Below, piece after piece: positions 20,851-30,603 of a DNA stretch of 51,531 nt; the stretch's first letter is position 1; every line of letters begins with the position of its first letter. This DNA is from Pseudomonas sp. Its GTDB lineage: Bacteria; Pseudomonadota; Gammaproteobacteria; Pseudomonadales; Pseudomonadaceae. The stretch lies in contig DATCUN010000261.1 of NCBI GenBank assembly GCA_036561825.1, positions 1-51,531 of the forward strand, read 5' to 3'. The notes below the pieces were generated by a model. That model made no database searches, had not been told where the DNA came from, and was given only the letters and a program-made list of their open reading frames with translations. The translations under genes and the position numbers were made by a program.

Positions 20851-22294
20851 GCGGTTTCGCCAGCAACTGAGCTGCTTTGCCGCACGCGTGGCGGTCACGT
20901 GTGGCGAACGCCGCTGGAGCTATGCCCAGCTGCTGGACGAGGTGGCGGTGCGCCAGGCGATCCTGCAGCGCGGCGCTGTGCAGCGGCTGGCGATCGCCCT
21001 GGACAACGGCCCGGAGTGGCTGTTCTGGGATCTGGCCGCGCTGTTCGGCGGCGTGCCCTGCGTGCCGCTGCCAGGCTTCTTCTCGCCGGCGCAGCAGCGC
21101 CATGTGCTCGACACTTCCGGGGTCGACACCCTGGTCGCCAGTAATCCGCAGGCGTTCGCCGCACTGGGCTTCGTGGCCGCCGGCGATGGGCTGTGCCAGC
21201 GCCCGGTCGCCGCGCCGGCGGCGCTGCCCGCCGGCACGGCGAAGATCACCTACACCTCCGGCACCACTGGCCAGCCCAAGGGCGTATGCCTGTCGGCCGA
21301 TGCCATGCTCAGCGTGGCGCAGAGCATCGCCCAGGCCACCGCCAGCAGCGTCATCGAGCGGCACCTGTGCGTGCTGCCGCTGGCGGTGCTGCTGGAGAAC
21401 CTGGCCGGCAACTACACGCCGCTGCTGCTCGGCGCCAGTCTGGAGATTCCGCCGCTGGCCGAGGTCGGCATGCGCGGCGCGAGCCAGTTCGAGCTGCCGG
21501 CCTTCCTGGCCAGTCTGGCGCGGGGGCGGCCGAACAGCCTGATCCTGCTGCCGCAGCTGTTGCTGGCGCTGGTCGTTGCCGCCGAGCAGGGCCTGGCGCT
21601 GCCCGATTCGCTGCGCTTCATCGCCGTCGGCGGCGGCCGGGTGGCGCCGCAGCTGCTCGAGCGTGCCGAGGCGCTGGGGCTGCCGGTGTTCGAAGGCTAC
21701 GGCCTGTCCGAGTGTTCCTCGGTGGTGTGTCTGAACACCCCCGAGCAGCGGCGCATCGGCACCGTCGGCCGGCCGCTGGCGCATGCCGAGGTCAGCTTGG
21801 CGGAGGATGGCGAAGTACTTGTGCGCGGCGCGCGCCTGCTCGGCTATCTCGGCGAGCCGGCCCCGGCGGACGACTGGCTGCCGACCGGCGACTTGGGCCA
21901 CTGGGACGACGGTTTCCTGGTCCTGCACGGGCGCAAGAAGCACCAGTTCGTCACCGCCTTTGGCCGCAACGTCAACCCCGAATGGGTCGAGGCCGAGCTG
22001 GTCCAGCAACTGCCGATCGCCCAGGCCTGGCTGCATGGCGAGGCGCTGCCGGCCAACGTCGCGGTGCTGGTGCCGCGCCGTGGCGAGATCGGCGATGCGC
22101 AGCTGCAGGCGGCCGTCGACCAGGTCAACGCCGGTTTGCCGGACTACGCTCGCGTGCACCACTGGCTGCGCGCCGAGCAACCCTTCAGCGAGGCGAATGG
22201 CCTGGCCACCGCCAACGGCCGGTTGCGCCGCGCCGCCCTGTTTCAGCATTACCGCAGCGCCATCGACACCCTGATGGCCGGATCGAACGTTTAA
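20834..22294 (+). CDS. AMP-binding adenylate-forming enzyme (acyl-CoA ligase-like)
   Basis: YTSGTTGQPKG, GYGLSE, TGDLG, GRKK; overlaps the upstream gene by 17 bp. Confidence 0.9.
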   Translation: MSPAVERFRQQLSCFAARVAVTCGERRWSYAQLLDEVAVRQAILQRGAVQRLAIALDNGPEWLFWDLAALFGGVPCVPLPGFFSPAQQRHVLDTSGVDTLVASNPQAFAALGFVAAGDGLCQRPVAAPAALPAGTAKITYTSGTTGQPKGVCLSADAMLSVAQSIAQATASSVIERHLCVLPLAVLLENLAGNYTPLLLGASLEIPPLAEVGMRGASQFELPAFLASLARGRPNSLILLPQLLLALVVAAEQGLALPDSLRFIAVGGGRVAPQLLERAEALGLPVFEGYGLSECSSVVCLNTPEQRRIGTVGRPLAHAEVSLAEDGEVLVRGARLLGYLGEPAPADDWLPTGDLGHWDDGFLVLHGRKKHQFVTAFGRNVNPEWVEAELVQQLPIAQAWLHGEALPANVAVLVPRRGEIGDAQLQAAVDQVNAGLPDYARVHHWLRAEQPFSEANGLATANGRLRRAALFQHYRSAIDTLMAGSNV

Positions 22295-22307
22295 AGGAAG
22301 CGCATTG

Positions 22308-22988
22308 ATGAGTTTCTACGAGACCCTGCAAGAGCAGACCGTTGCCGAGCGCGAGTACCTGCTGGCCGCGCCGATCCTCCGCCAGGTCCTGGCCGGCGGG
22401 ATCGGCCTCGACAGCTATGTGGCCTTCCTCGGTCAGGCCTACCATCACGTCAAGCACACCGTGCCGCTGCTGATGGCCTGCGGTGCGCGCCTGCCGGAGC
22501 GGCTGGAGTGGCTGCGCGAGGCGATTGCCGAATACATCGAGGAGGAGTACGGCCACCAGGAGTGGGTCCTCAACGACATCCGCGCCTGCGGCGCCGATGC
22601 CGAGGCGGTGCGCCGGGAGACGCCCAACCTGCCGACCGAGCTGATGGTCAGCTACGTCTACGACCGCATCGCCCGCGACAACCCGGTGAGCTTCTTCGGC
22701 ATGGTCAACGTGCTGGAAGGCACCAGCATCGCCCTGGCCACCCAGGCGGCCGGCATCATCCAGGGGCACCTGCAGCTGCCGCCGCAGGCCTTCAGCTACC
22801 TGACCTCCCACGGCAGCCTGGACATCGGCCATGTCGAGTTCTTCAAGAAACTGATGAACCGTCTCGACGATCCGGCCGATCAGGCCGCGGTGATCCACAC
22901 TTCCAAAGTGGTCTATCGTCTGTACGGCGACATGTTCCGCAGCCTGCCGCTGGCCGCTGCCGGGGAGAACGTCAATGCAACTGCCTGA
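22308..22988 (+). CDS. Heme-oxygenase-like diiron ('iron-containing redox', TenA/CADD-like) enzyme
   Basis: EEEYGH, VLEG and HGSLDIGH (HxxxDxxH) metal-ligand pattern. Confidence 0.8.
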   Translation: MSFYETLQEQTVAEREYLLAAPILRQVLAGGIGLDSYVAFLGQAYHHVKHTVPLLMACGARLPERLEWLREAIAEYIEEEYGHQEWVLNDIRACGADAEAVRRETPNLPTELMVSYVYDRIARDNPVSFFGMVNVLEGTSIALATQAAGIIQGHLQLPPQAFSYLTSHGSLDIGHVEFFKKLMNRLDDPADQAAVIHTSKVVYRLYGDMFRSLPLAAAGENVNATA

Positions 22989-23766
22989 GTGCCGCATCCT
23001 GCTGACTGGCGCCACTGGCGGTATCGGCCAGCAGCTGGCCGAACGCCTGTGCGCCGGCGGGGCCCACCTGCTGCTGGTCGGGCGCCAGGCGGCGCGTCTC
23101 GAGCAACTGGTGGCGCAGAGCCATGGCCGCGCCGAGAGCGTGTGTGCCGACATCACCTCCAGTGCGGGCCGTGACGCCGTGCTGCAGGCCGCCCGGCGCT
23201 TCGGCGGCATCAACGTGCTGATCAACGCAGCCGGCGTCAATCACTTCAGCATGCTCGAGCAGCACGACGAGGAGGCCCTGGCCGCGCTGATCCAGCTCAA
23301 CGTCACCGCCACCCTGCAGCTCACCCATCGCCTGCTGCCGCTGCTGCGCCAGCAGCAGCGCGCGCTGCTGGTGAACATCGGCTCGACCTTCGGCTCCATC
23401 GGCTACCCGGGCTTCACCGCCTACTGCGCGAGCAAGTTCGCCCTGCGCGGCTTCTCCGAGGCGCTGCGCCGCGAGCTGGCCGACACGCGGGTCAAGGTCA
23501 TGTACATCGCGCCACGCGCCACCCGCACCGAGATGAACGAGCAGAGCGTGGTGGCGATGAACACCGAACTCAAGGTGGCGATGGACGCGCCGGCGCTGGT
23601 GGCCGACGCGGTGGTCGCCGCGATTGGCCGCGAGAGCGAGGAGCTGTACCTCGGCTGGCCGGAAAAGCTTTTCGTGCGCCTCAACAGCCTGCTGCCGCGG
23701 GTGGTGGATCAAGCCCTGCGCAAGCAGCTGCCGATCATCCAGCGCTTTGCCCGCAGCAAGTCCTGA
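22975..23766 (+). CDS. Short-chain dehydrogenase/reductase
   Basis: TGATGGIG, NAAG, S...YCASK. Confidence 0.92.
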   Translation: MQLPECRILLTGATGGIGQQLAERLCAGGAHLLLVGRQAARLEQLVAQSHGRAESVCADITSSAGRDAVLQAARRFGGINVLINAAGVNHFSMLEQHDEEALAALIQLNVTATLQLTHRLLPLLRQQQRALLVNIGSTFGSIGYPGFTAYCASKFALRGFSEALRRELADTRVKVMYIAPRATRTEMNEQSVVAMNTELKVAMDAPALVADAVVAAIGRESEELYLGWPEKLFVRLNSLLPRVVDQALRKQLPIIQRFARSKS

Positions 23767-23790
23767 CCTTTCCCGGAGTGGAGAACCCGT

Positions 23791-24447
23791 ATGCCGAAAT
23801 CCATCGTGCGTAACCTGATCCTGGGTGGTGCCCTGCTGTTCAGTCTGCCGAGCTTCGCCTTGAGCGACGGCGGCGAGCAGAGCCTCAAGCGCCTGCAGGG
23901 CCGCTGGGCCGAGATCAACTACCAGTTGCCGGAGACGCAGCGCGAGGCGGCGTTCGCCAGGCTGGCCGACGAGGCCGAGACCGCGCTCAAGGCCGAGCCG
24001 CAGGCCGCCGAGCTGCTGGTCTGGCGCGGCATCATCCTCAGCACCTGGGCCGGCGCCAAGGGCGGCCTGGGTGCGCTGGATCTGGTCAAGCAGGCGCGCG
24101 GCCAGTTCGAGGCGGCGATCAAGCTCGACGCCAGGGTCCTCGACGGCTCGGCCTACACCAGCCTCGGCTCGCTGTACTACCAGGTGCCGGGCTGGCCGAT
24201 CAGCTTCGGCGACGACAAGCGCGCCGAGCAGCTGCTCAAGCAGGCGCTCAGCCTGAATCCGGACGGCATCGACGCCAACTATTTCTACGGCGACTTCCTG
24301 TTGCGCCAGAAACGCCATGCCGAGGCCAAGGTGGCGCTGGAGAAGGCGCTGGCTGCGCCGCCGCGCCCGGGCCGCGAGGTGGCCGATGCCGGGCGGCGCA
24401 AGGAGGCGCAGGCGCTGCTGCAGAAGGTGCAGGCCGCGCAGGACTGA
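23791..24447 (+). CDS. Exported tetratricopeptide-repeat protein
   Basis: Signal peptide; TPR-like helices (AYTSLGSLYYQVPGWP, ALSLNPDGIDANYFYG). Confidence 0.8.
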   Translation: MPKSIVRNLILGGALLFSLPSFALSDGGEQSLKRLQGRWAEINYQLPETQREAAFARLADEAETALKAEPQAAELLVWRGIILSTWAGAKGGLGALDLVKQARGQFEAAIKLDARVLDGSAYTSLGSLYYQVPGWPISFGDDKRAEQLLKQALSLNPDGIDANYFYGDFLLRQKRHAEAKVALEKALAAPPRPGREVADAGRRKEAQALLQKVQAAQD

Positions 24448-24593
24448 GGCGAGGGCAAACCCTGGGGTGACGGGCTGAGCCCGTCGTCTGCGCGCCGGGC
24501 TGGCGAGAGTGCGATACTCCCGTCAGTCCGGCGCAGTCATGTCCGAGGCATGCAGACCAGGGTGGCCGGGATGGGCTGACAGAGGAGGGGTAG

Positions 24594-25253
24594 ATGCGGA
24601 TATTGCTGGTGGAAGACGACAAGGCGCTGGGCGAGGGCATCCGCACCGCGCTCAAGCCCGAGGGCTACACCGTGGACTGGGTGCAGGACGGCGTCAGCGC
24701 CCTGCATGCCCTGAGTCACGAGAGCTTCGAGCTGTGCGTGCTGGATCTCGGTCTGCCGCGCATGGACGGTCTGGAGGTGCTGCGTCGCCTGCGCACGACC
24801 GGCAATGCCCTGCCGGTGCTGGTGCTGACCGCGCGCGATGCCACCACTGACCGCATCGCCGGGCTGGATGCCGGCGCCGATGACTACCTGACCAAGCCCT
24901 TCGACGTCGCCGAGCTCAAGGCGCGCCTGCGTGCCCTGCTGCGCCGCAGCTTCGGTCGCGCCCAGTCGGCGCTGGAATACCGCGGCATCCGTCTGGAGCC
25001 GGACAGCCAGCAGGTGACCTACCAGGGCGCGCCGGTCAACCTGCCGCGCAAGGAGTTCCTCCTGCTCCACGAACTGCTGGCCCAGCCGGGGCGCGTGCTG
25101 ACCCGCGACAAGCTGCAGCAGGTGTTGTATGGCTGGAACGAGGAGGTGGAAAGCAACGCCCTCGAGGTGCATGTGCATCACCTGCGCAAGAAGTTCTTTC
25201 CCGAACTGATCCGCACGGTGCGTGGCGTCGGCTACCTGGTGGACAAGGCCTGA
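24594..25253 (+). CDS. OmpR-family response regulator (QseB/PmrA-like)
   Basis: LLVEDD, LDLGLP, GADDYLTKPF, SNALEVHVHHLRKK, IRTVRGVGY. Confidence 0.95.
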   Translation: MRILLVEDDKALGEGIRTALKPEGYTVDWVQDGVSALHALSHESFELCVLDLGLPRMDGLEVLRRLRTTGNALPVLVLTARDATTDRIAGLDAGADDYLTKPFDVAELKARLRALLRRSFGRAQSALEYRGIRLEPDSQQVTYQGAPVNLPRKEFLLLHELLAQPGRVLTRDKLQQVLYGWNEEVESNALEVHVHHLRKKFFPELIRTVRGVGYLVDKA

Positions 25254-26719
25254 TGCTGCGCTCGATCCGTTCGCGCACCCTGGGGTTGGTGCTGGGTGTG
25301 CTGTGCGTCGCCCTGAGCCTGATTTCCTGGCGCAGCTACGTCGATGCCCAGCACGAGATTGAGGAGCTGTTCGATGCCCTGCTGGCACACAGCGCCCGCC
25401 TGCTCGAAGGCATGGCGGGCGGCGATCTGTCGCCGTCCGCCCGGGCGGCCCTGCAGCAGGCTCTGGATGCCGCATTGCGTGCCGGACGGGGCGCGGAAGC
25501 CCGGCTCGACGGCCATCCCTACGAGAGCAAGCTGGTGTTCCAGGTGCTCGACCAGCAGGGGCGGGTGCAGGTGCAGTCGGCCGGTGCGCCGACGCAGTTG
25601 CTGGCCCGCCTGCTGGCGCAATTGCAGGCCGCGGAGCGGCTGGCGCTCCCCAGCGGCCAGCCGCTGGCCGCGGTGGCGCAGCAACTGCGCGGCTACCACG
25701 ACGTCCGTCTGGAGGGCCGCGTCTGGCGCGTGTTCCTGCGTCAGGACCAGGCCGACCGTCACTGGCTGCTGGTGGCCGAGAGCCAGGATGTGCGCGACGA
25801 ACTGGTCGGCAAGATCGTCCTGCGCAGCCTGCTGCCGGACCTGGTCGGCCTGCCGCTGCTGGCGCTGCTGGTGTGGTCGGCGATTGGTTTGGGCCTGCGC
25901 CCGCTGGAGCAGGTGGTGCGCCTGATCAAGGCGCGGGATGCGGAAAATCTCGCGCCGCTCACCCTGGCGCCCCTGCCGCGGGAGCTGGAGCCGATGGTCG
26001 CCGCGCTCAATCGCCTGCTGCTGCAGGTCACCAGCGTGCTGGAACGGGAGAAGCGCTTCCTCGCCGATGCCGCCCACGAGTTGCGCACGCCGCTGGCGGT
26101 GCTGCGCATCCACGCGCAGAACGCCCTGGAGGCGCCAGAGGCCGCCGACCGCGCCGCGGCACTGCAGCAGCTGGAAGGCGGTGTCGACCGTGCCACCCGC
26201 GTGGTAACCCAGATGCTCACCCTGGCGCGTCTTGCCCCGGATGCCCTGCAGCTGGCCATGGCCGAGCTGGATCTGGCGCCCTACGTGCGCGCGGAACTGG
26301 CCGAGCTGATCCCCCTGGCGCTGGAGCGCGAGCAGGAGCTGGTCCTCGACTACGACGAGACCGCGGATTACCGGCTGGTGGCCGACGCGCCGAGTCTGGG
26401 CACCCTGCTGCAGAATCTGGTCGGCAATGCCGTGCAGTACACCCCGCCCGGTGGGCAGATCGCCGTCCGCCTGCAGGCCGAGGCGCAGCGGGTGGGCCTG
26501 CGCGTCGCCGACAGCGGGCCCGGGGTGCCGGCCGAGCAGCGCGCGCAGCTGTTCCGCCGCTTCTACCGGCAGGGCGAAGGGCGGGGCGCGGGGCTGGGGC
26601 TGTCCATCGTCCAGCGCATCGTTGAACTGCATGGCGGCGAGATCCTGCTCGACCAGGCGGCGCTGGGTGGCCTCGAGGTGATCGTGTGGTTGCCGCGCAA
26701 TCTGCCGGGCGGCCGTTGA
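25253..26719 (+). CDS. Sensor histidine kinase (QseC/PmrB-like)
   Basis: HEIEELFDA after TM1; HAMP; ADAAHELRTPL; NLVGNA, DSGPG, GAGLGLSIV; coupled to the regulator by TGATG. Confidence 0.95.
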   Translation: MLRSIRSRTLGLVLGVLCVALSLISWRSYVDAQHEIEELFDALLAHSARLLEGMAGGDLSPSARAALQQALDAALRAGRGAEARLDGHPYESKLVFQVLDQQGRVQVQSAGAPTQLLARLLAQLQAAERLALPSGQPLAAVAQQLRGYHDVRLEGRVWRVFLRQDQADRHWLLVAESQDVRDELVGKIVLRSLLPDLVGLPLLALLVWSAIGLGLRPLEQVVRLIKARDAENLAPLTLAPLPRELEPMVAALNRLLLQVTSVLEREKRFLADAAHELRTPLAVLRIHAQNALEAPEAADRAAALQQLEGGVDRATRVVTQMLTLARLAPDALQLAMAELDLAPYVRAELAELIPLALEREQELVLDYDETADYRLVADAPSLGTLLQNLVGNAVQYTPPGGQIAVRLQAEAQRVGLRVADSGPGVPAEQRAQLFRRFYRQGEGRGAGLGLSIVQRIVELHGGEILLDQAALGGLEVIVWLPRNLPGGR

Positions 26720-26836
26720 GCGGCAAGCTGTGGCACACTGAAAACACCGCCGGCCTGCGCTGATCGCGTGCTGCGGCACGTCGCCGGTCACGCCAGCGCC
26801 GGGCAACCCTCAGCTGTTCAACAAGGAGATGCCGCC

Positions 26837-27271
26837 ATGTTCGCCCTCGATCCCCGCCTGCAGCAGGACACCCTGCATCTGGGCGACTTCCCGCTGTGCC
26901 GCCTGCTGCTGATGAACGATGCCAGCTATCCCTGGTTCATCCTGGTGCCGCGACGCGAGGAGGTCAGCGAGCTGTTCCAGCTCGACGAGGCCGATCAGCG
27001 CTCGCTGTGGCGCGAGACCACCCTGTTGGCCGCGCTGCTCAAGGACGTCTTCAAGGCCGACAAGATGAACGTCGCCACCCTCGGCAACGTGGTCAGCCAG
27101 CTGCACATGCACGTCATCGTCCGCCGGCGCAGCGACGCGGCCTGGCCGGCGCCGGTGTGGGGGCGTCCGCCGGCGGTGCCTTACACCGAGGACGGGGTGA
27201 AGGAGGTGCGTGACCGGCTGAAGCTGGTCCTGGACAGCGCCGACTTCCGTTTCGCGGCGGAGGCGGCATGA
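26837..27271 (+). CDS. HIT family protein
   Basis: FALDPRL, YPWFILVPR, LGNVVSQLHMHV. Confidence 0.9.
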   Translation: MFALDPRLQQDTLHLGDFPLCRLLLMNDASYPWFILVPRREEVSELFQLDEADQRSLWRETTLLAALLKDVFKADKMNVATLGNVVSQLHMHVIVRRRSDAAWPAPVWGRPPAVPYTEDGVKEVRDRLKLVLDSADFRFAAEAA

Positions 27272-27474
27272 GCCTGGAGCTGCGCGTTACCGAGCTGGAA
27301 ACCCGCCTGGCGTTCCAGGACGATGCCCTGCAACAGCTGAGTGACGAGCTGCTGGCGCAGAACCGGCTGATCGAGCGCCTGCAGCGGCAGATCGAGGCGC
27401 TGGCCTCGCGCCAGGCCGATCTGGCCGGGCAGATCGGCCCGGTGGAGGACGAGGCGCCGCCGCCGCACTACTGA
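27268..27474 (+). CDS. slyX: SlyX family protein
   Basis: ELETRLAFQ...EAPPPHY. Confidence 0.92.
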   Translation: MSLELRVTELETRLAFQDDALQQLSDELLAQNRLIERLQRQIEALASRQADLAGQIGPVEDEAPPPHY

Positions 27475-27486
27475 ATTCGTGCCCGG

Positions 27487-27525
27487 AAACGACAGAGCCC
27501 GCCAAATGGCGGGCTCTGTCGTTTT
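27487..27525. terminator. Bidirectional intrinsic terminator
   Basis: AAACGACAGAGCCCGCCA-AA-TGGCGGGCTCTGTCGTTT between convergent genes. Confidence 0.85.
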
Positions 27526-27543
27526 CGCTCCACTAGATGCGGA

Positions 27544-28197
27544 TCAGTCGAGGATCAGCACATCCTCGGCCTGCAGGCCCTTGTCGCGCTGGGCCACGGT
27601 GAACTCCACACGCTGGCCCTCGACCAGCACCCGATGGCCATCGCCGCGAATGGCGCGAAAGTGCACGAAGATGTCGTCGCCGCTGTCGCGGGAGATGAAG
27701 CCGAAGCCCTTGGAGGTGTTGAACCACTTCACCGTGCCGGTTTCGCGACCTGCGCTCGGCGCGCTGCGGCGGACGCTGGGCGCGGGCTTGGCATCCGCGG
27801 CGGGGCTGACCCGAACGGCCGGCTGCTCGGTCGGTGCCGTGGCTTGCGCCTGCCCGGCCGGCTGGCCCGGCAGCAGTTGCAGGAAGGCAGCAATCGCGAC
27901 GGCGAGCAGGGTGTACAGCAGGACCGGCTGGCCGGCCAGGTTGTCCAGCGGCAGCAGCAGGGCGATGCCCTGCAGCACTGCGGCGAGCACCAGCAGGGCG
28001 CTGCTCAGCGGTTGCACGCGCTGGCGGGAGGCGCCGACCAGCGGGGAGATCAGCAGGTTGGTCAGGCCGATGAAGGCCAGGTACAGGGCATCGGGTTGTT
28101 GCAGCCAGGGCAGGGCTTCGCCGCGCAGGCTGGGAACGAAAGACAGCAGCAGGGCAGCCACGCCCGACAACAGATGGACGGTTTTCAATATGCTCAA
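27544..28197 (-). CDS. Membrane-anchored cold-shock domain protein
   Basis: N-terminal hydrophobic helices, Ala/Pro linker, C-terminal [15 protein letters not shown]...DIFVHF; TTG start after AAGGTG is uncertain. Confidence 0.85.
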   Translation of the reverse strand: MSILKTVHLLSGVAALLLSFVPSLRGEALPWLQQPDALYLAFIGLTNLLISPLVGASRQRVQPLSSALLVLAAVLQGIALLLPLDNLAGQPVLLYTLLAVAIAAFLQLLPGQPAGQAQATAPTEQPAVRVSPAADAKPAPSVRRSAPSAGRETGTVKWFNTSKGFGFISRDSGDDIFVHFRAIRGDGHRVLVEGQRVEFTVAQRDKGLQAEDVLILD

Positions 28198-28600
28198 CGA
28201 ATTCACCTTGGTAACGAACAAATACTGGACAGAGGATGTCCGGGCAGACGGGGTCGTGCTGAAAGGAAAGGACACCAGATGATGGCGTACCGGTCGGCCG
28301 GACGGCGCCTGGCCGGGCTCGACGCGAATGGGCTCGAGCGGATTAGGCGCGGCGGCTATTTAACCGTAAAGGCCTCGTACTCTCAATTGCCCCGTGTACG
28401 GCGCGCCGCGGAATCGGCTGCTGCCGGGGCAGGCGCGGGGGGATTATTTCAGGCTATAATCCCGGCCCTTTATCTCGGCAAGGCCTGCTGCTGCCCGCGT
28501 GTTTGCGGCAGGCTGGCGGCTGTGGCGGCAGCGGTTGCCTGGCAGCCGCGGATCGACCGCCGCGCGGAATTTACGACTGACTTTGAGAAGCGAACCGACC

Positions 28601-30376
28601 ATGATGCGCAGCCACTATTGCGGCCAACTCAACGAAAGCCTGGACGGCCAGGAAGTCACCCTGTGCGGCTGGGTCCATCGCCGTCGCGACCACGGCGGGG
28701 TGATCTTCCTCGACATCCGCGACCGTGAAGGTCTGGCCCAGGTGGTGTTCGACCCGGATCGCGCCGACACCTTCGCCGCCGCCGACCGCGTGCGCAGCGA
28801 ATACGTGGTGAAAATCACCGGCAAGGTGCGTCTGCGCCCGGCCGGTGCGGTCAACCCGAACATGGCCAGCGGCGCCATCGAGGTGCTCGGCTACGAGCTG
28901 GAAGTGCTCAACGAGGCGGAAACCCCGCCGTTCCCGCTCAACGAATACACCGATGTCGGCGAGGAAACCCGCCTGCGCTACCGCTTCATCGACCTGCGTC
29001 GCCCGGAAATGGCCGAGAAGCTCAAGCTGCGCTCGAGCATCACCAGCAGCATCCGCCGCTACCTGGACGATAACGGCTTCCTCGACGTCGAGACGCCGAT
29101 CCTCACCCGCGCCACTCCGGAAGGCGCGCGTGACTACCTGGTGCCGAGCCGCACCCACGCCGGCAGCTTCTTCGCCCTGCCGCAGTCGCCGCAGCTGTTC
29201 AAGCAGCTGCTGATGGTCGCCGGCTTCGACCGCTACTACCAGATCGCCAAGTGCTTCCGCGACGAAGACCTGCGTGCCGACCGTCAGCCGGAATTCACCC
29301 AGATCGACATCGAGACCAGCTTCCTTGACGAAGACGACATCATCGGTCTGACCGAGAAGATGATCCGCCAGCTGTTCAAGGAAGTGCTGGATCTGGAGTT
29401 CGGCGAATTCCCGCACATGACCTACGCCGAGGCCATGCGCCGCTACGGCTCGGACAAGCCGGACCTGCGCATCCCGCTGGAACTGGTCGATGTCGAAGAC
29501 CAGCTCAAGGATGTCGACTTCAAGGTGTTCGCCGGCCCGGCCAACGATCCGAAGTGCCGCGTGACCGCCCTGCGCGTGCCCGGCGCGGCGAGCATGCCGC
29601 GCAAGCAGATCGACGACTACACCAAGTTCGTCAGCATCTACGGCGCCAAGGGCCTGGCCTACATCAAGGTCAATGAGCGCGCCAAGGGCGTCGAAGGTCT
29701 GCAGTCGCCGATCGTCAAGAACATCCCGCTCGACAATCTCAATGTCATCCTCGATCGCGTTGGCGCCGTCGACGGCGACATCGTGTTCTTCGGCGCCGAC
29801 AAGGCCAAGATCGTTTCCGAGGCCCTCGGTGCCCTGCGCATCAAGGTCGGTCACGACCTCAACCTGCTGACCTGCCAGTGGGCGCCGATGTGGGTGGTCG
29901 ACTTCCCGATGTTCGAGGAAAACGACGACGGCTCGTTCACCGCGCTGCACCACCCGTTCACCGCGCCCAAGTGCTCGCCGCAGGAGCTGGAAGCCAACCC
30001 GGGTACCGCCCTGTCGCGCGCCTACGACATGGTGCTCAACGGCACCGAGCTGGGTGGCGGTTCGATCCGTATCCACCGCAAGGAAATGCAGGAGGCGGTG
30101 TTCCGCATCCTCGGCATCGACGAGGCCGAGCAGCAGGAGAAGTTCGGCTTCCTGCTCGACGCCCTGAAGTTCGGCGCACCGCCGCACGGTGGCCTGGCCT
30201 TCGGTCTGGACCGTCTGGTCATGCTGATGACCGGCGCCAGCTCGATCCGCGAGGTCATCGCCTTCCCGAAAACCCAGAGCGCCGCCTGCGTCATGACCCA
30301 GGCGCCGGGCATCGTCGACAACAAGGCGCTGCGCGAATTGCACATTCGCCTGCGCGAACAGCCCAAGGCCGAATAA
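28601..30376 (+). CDS. aspS: Aspartate--tRNA ligase (probably non-discriminating Asp/Asn type)
   Basis: [40 protein letters not shown]. Confidence 0.98.
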   Translation: MMRSHYCGQLNESLDGQEVTLCGWVHRRRDHGGVIFLDIRDREGLAQVVFDPDRADTFAAADRVRSEYVVKITGKVRLRPAGAVNPNMASGAIEVLGYELEVLNEAETPPFPLNEYTDVGEETRLRYRFIDLRRPEMAEKLKLRSSITSSIRRYLDDNGFLDVETPILTRATPEGARDYLVPSRTHAGSFFALPQSPQLFKQLLMVAGFDRYYQIAKCFRDEDLRADRQPEFTQIDIETSFLDEDDIIGLTEKMIRQLFKEVLDLEFGEFPHMTYAEAMRRYGSDKPDLRIPLELVDVEDQLKDVDFKVFAGPANDPKCRVTALRVPGAASMPRKQIDDYTKFVSIYGAKGLAYIKVNERAKGVEGLQSPIVKNIPLDNLNVILDRVGAVDGDIVFFGADKAKIVSEALGALRIKVGHDLNLLTCQWAPMWVVDFPMFEENDDGSFTALHHPFTAPKCSPQELEANPGTALSRAYDMVLNGTELGGGSIRIHRKEMQEAVFRILGIDEAEQQEKFGFLLDALKFGAPPHGGLAFGLDRLVMLMTGASSIREVIAFPKTQSAACVMTQAPGIVDNKALRELHIRLREQPKAE

Positions 30377-30384
30377 GCCGACAC

Positions 30385-30408
30385 AGGAGCCTGGTTTGCC
30401 AGGCTCCT
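30385..30408 (+). terminator. Hairpin after aspS (possible terminator, weak U tract)
   Basis: AGGAGCCTGG-TTTG-CCAGGCTCCT. Confidence 0.55.
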
Positions 30409-30413
30409 TCGTT

Positions 30414-30554
30414 AGAGCCGGTCACAATCTGCTGCGCGTCGGCCATGCTGCGTTGAAATCGGTTTCGGAATGCTCATTTGCAGTCAGCAAACTCCGCTTC
30501 CTCAACCGATTTCGCCTTGCCTGGCTCTAGCTCGCCAGATTGTGAGTCGGCTCT
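30414..30554. repeat. ~141-bp structured intergenic element, copy 2
   Basis: Terminal inverted repeats AGAGCCGGTCACAATCTG / CAGATTGTGAGTCGGCTCT; core nearly identical to 6121-6225. Confidence 0.9.
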
Positions 30555-30603
30555 GCGGGGCGGTAAAAGTACAAGATCCACCAGAAATACGACGGAGAAA
30601 GTC

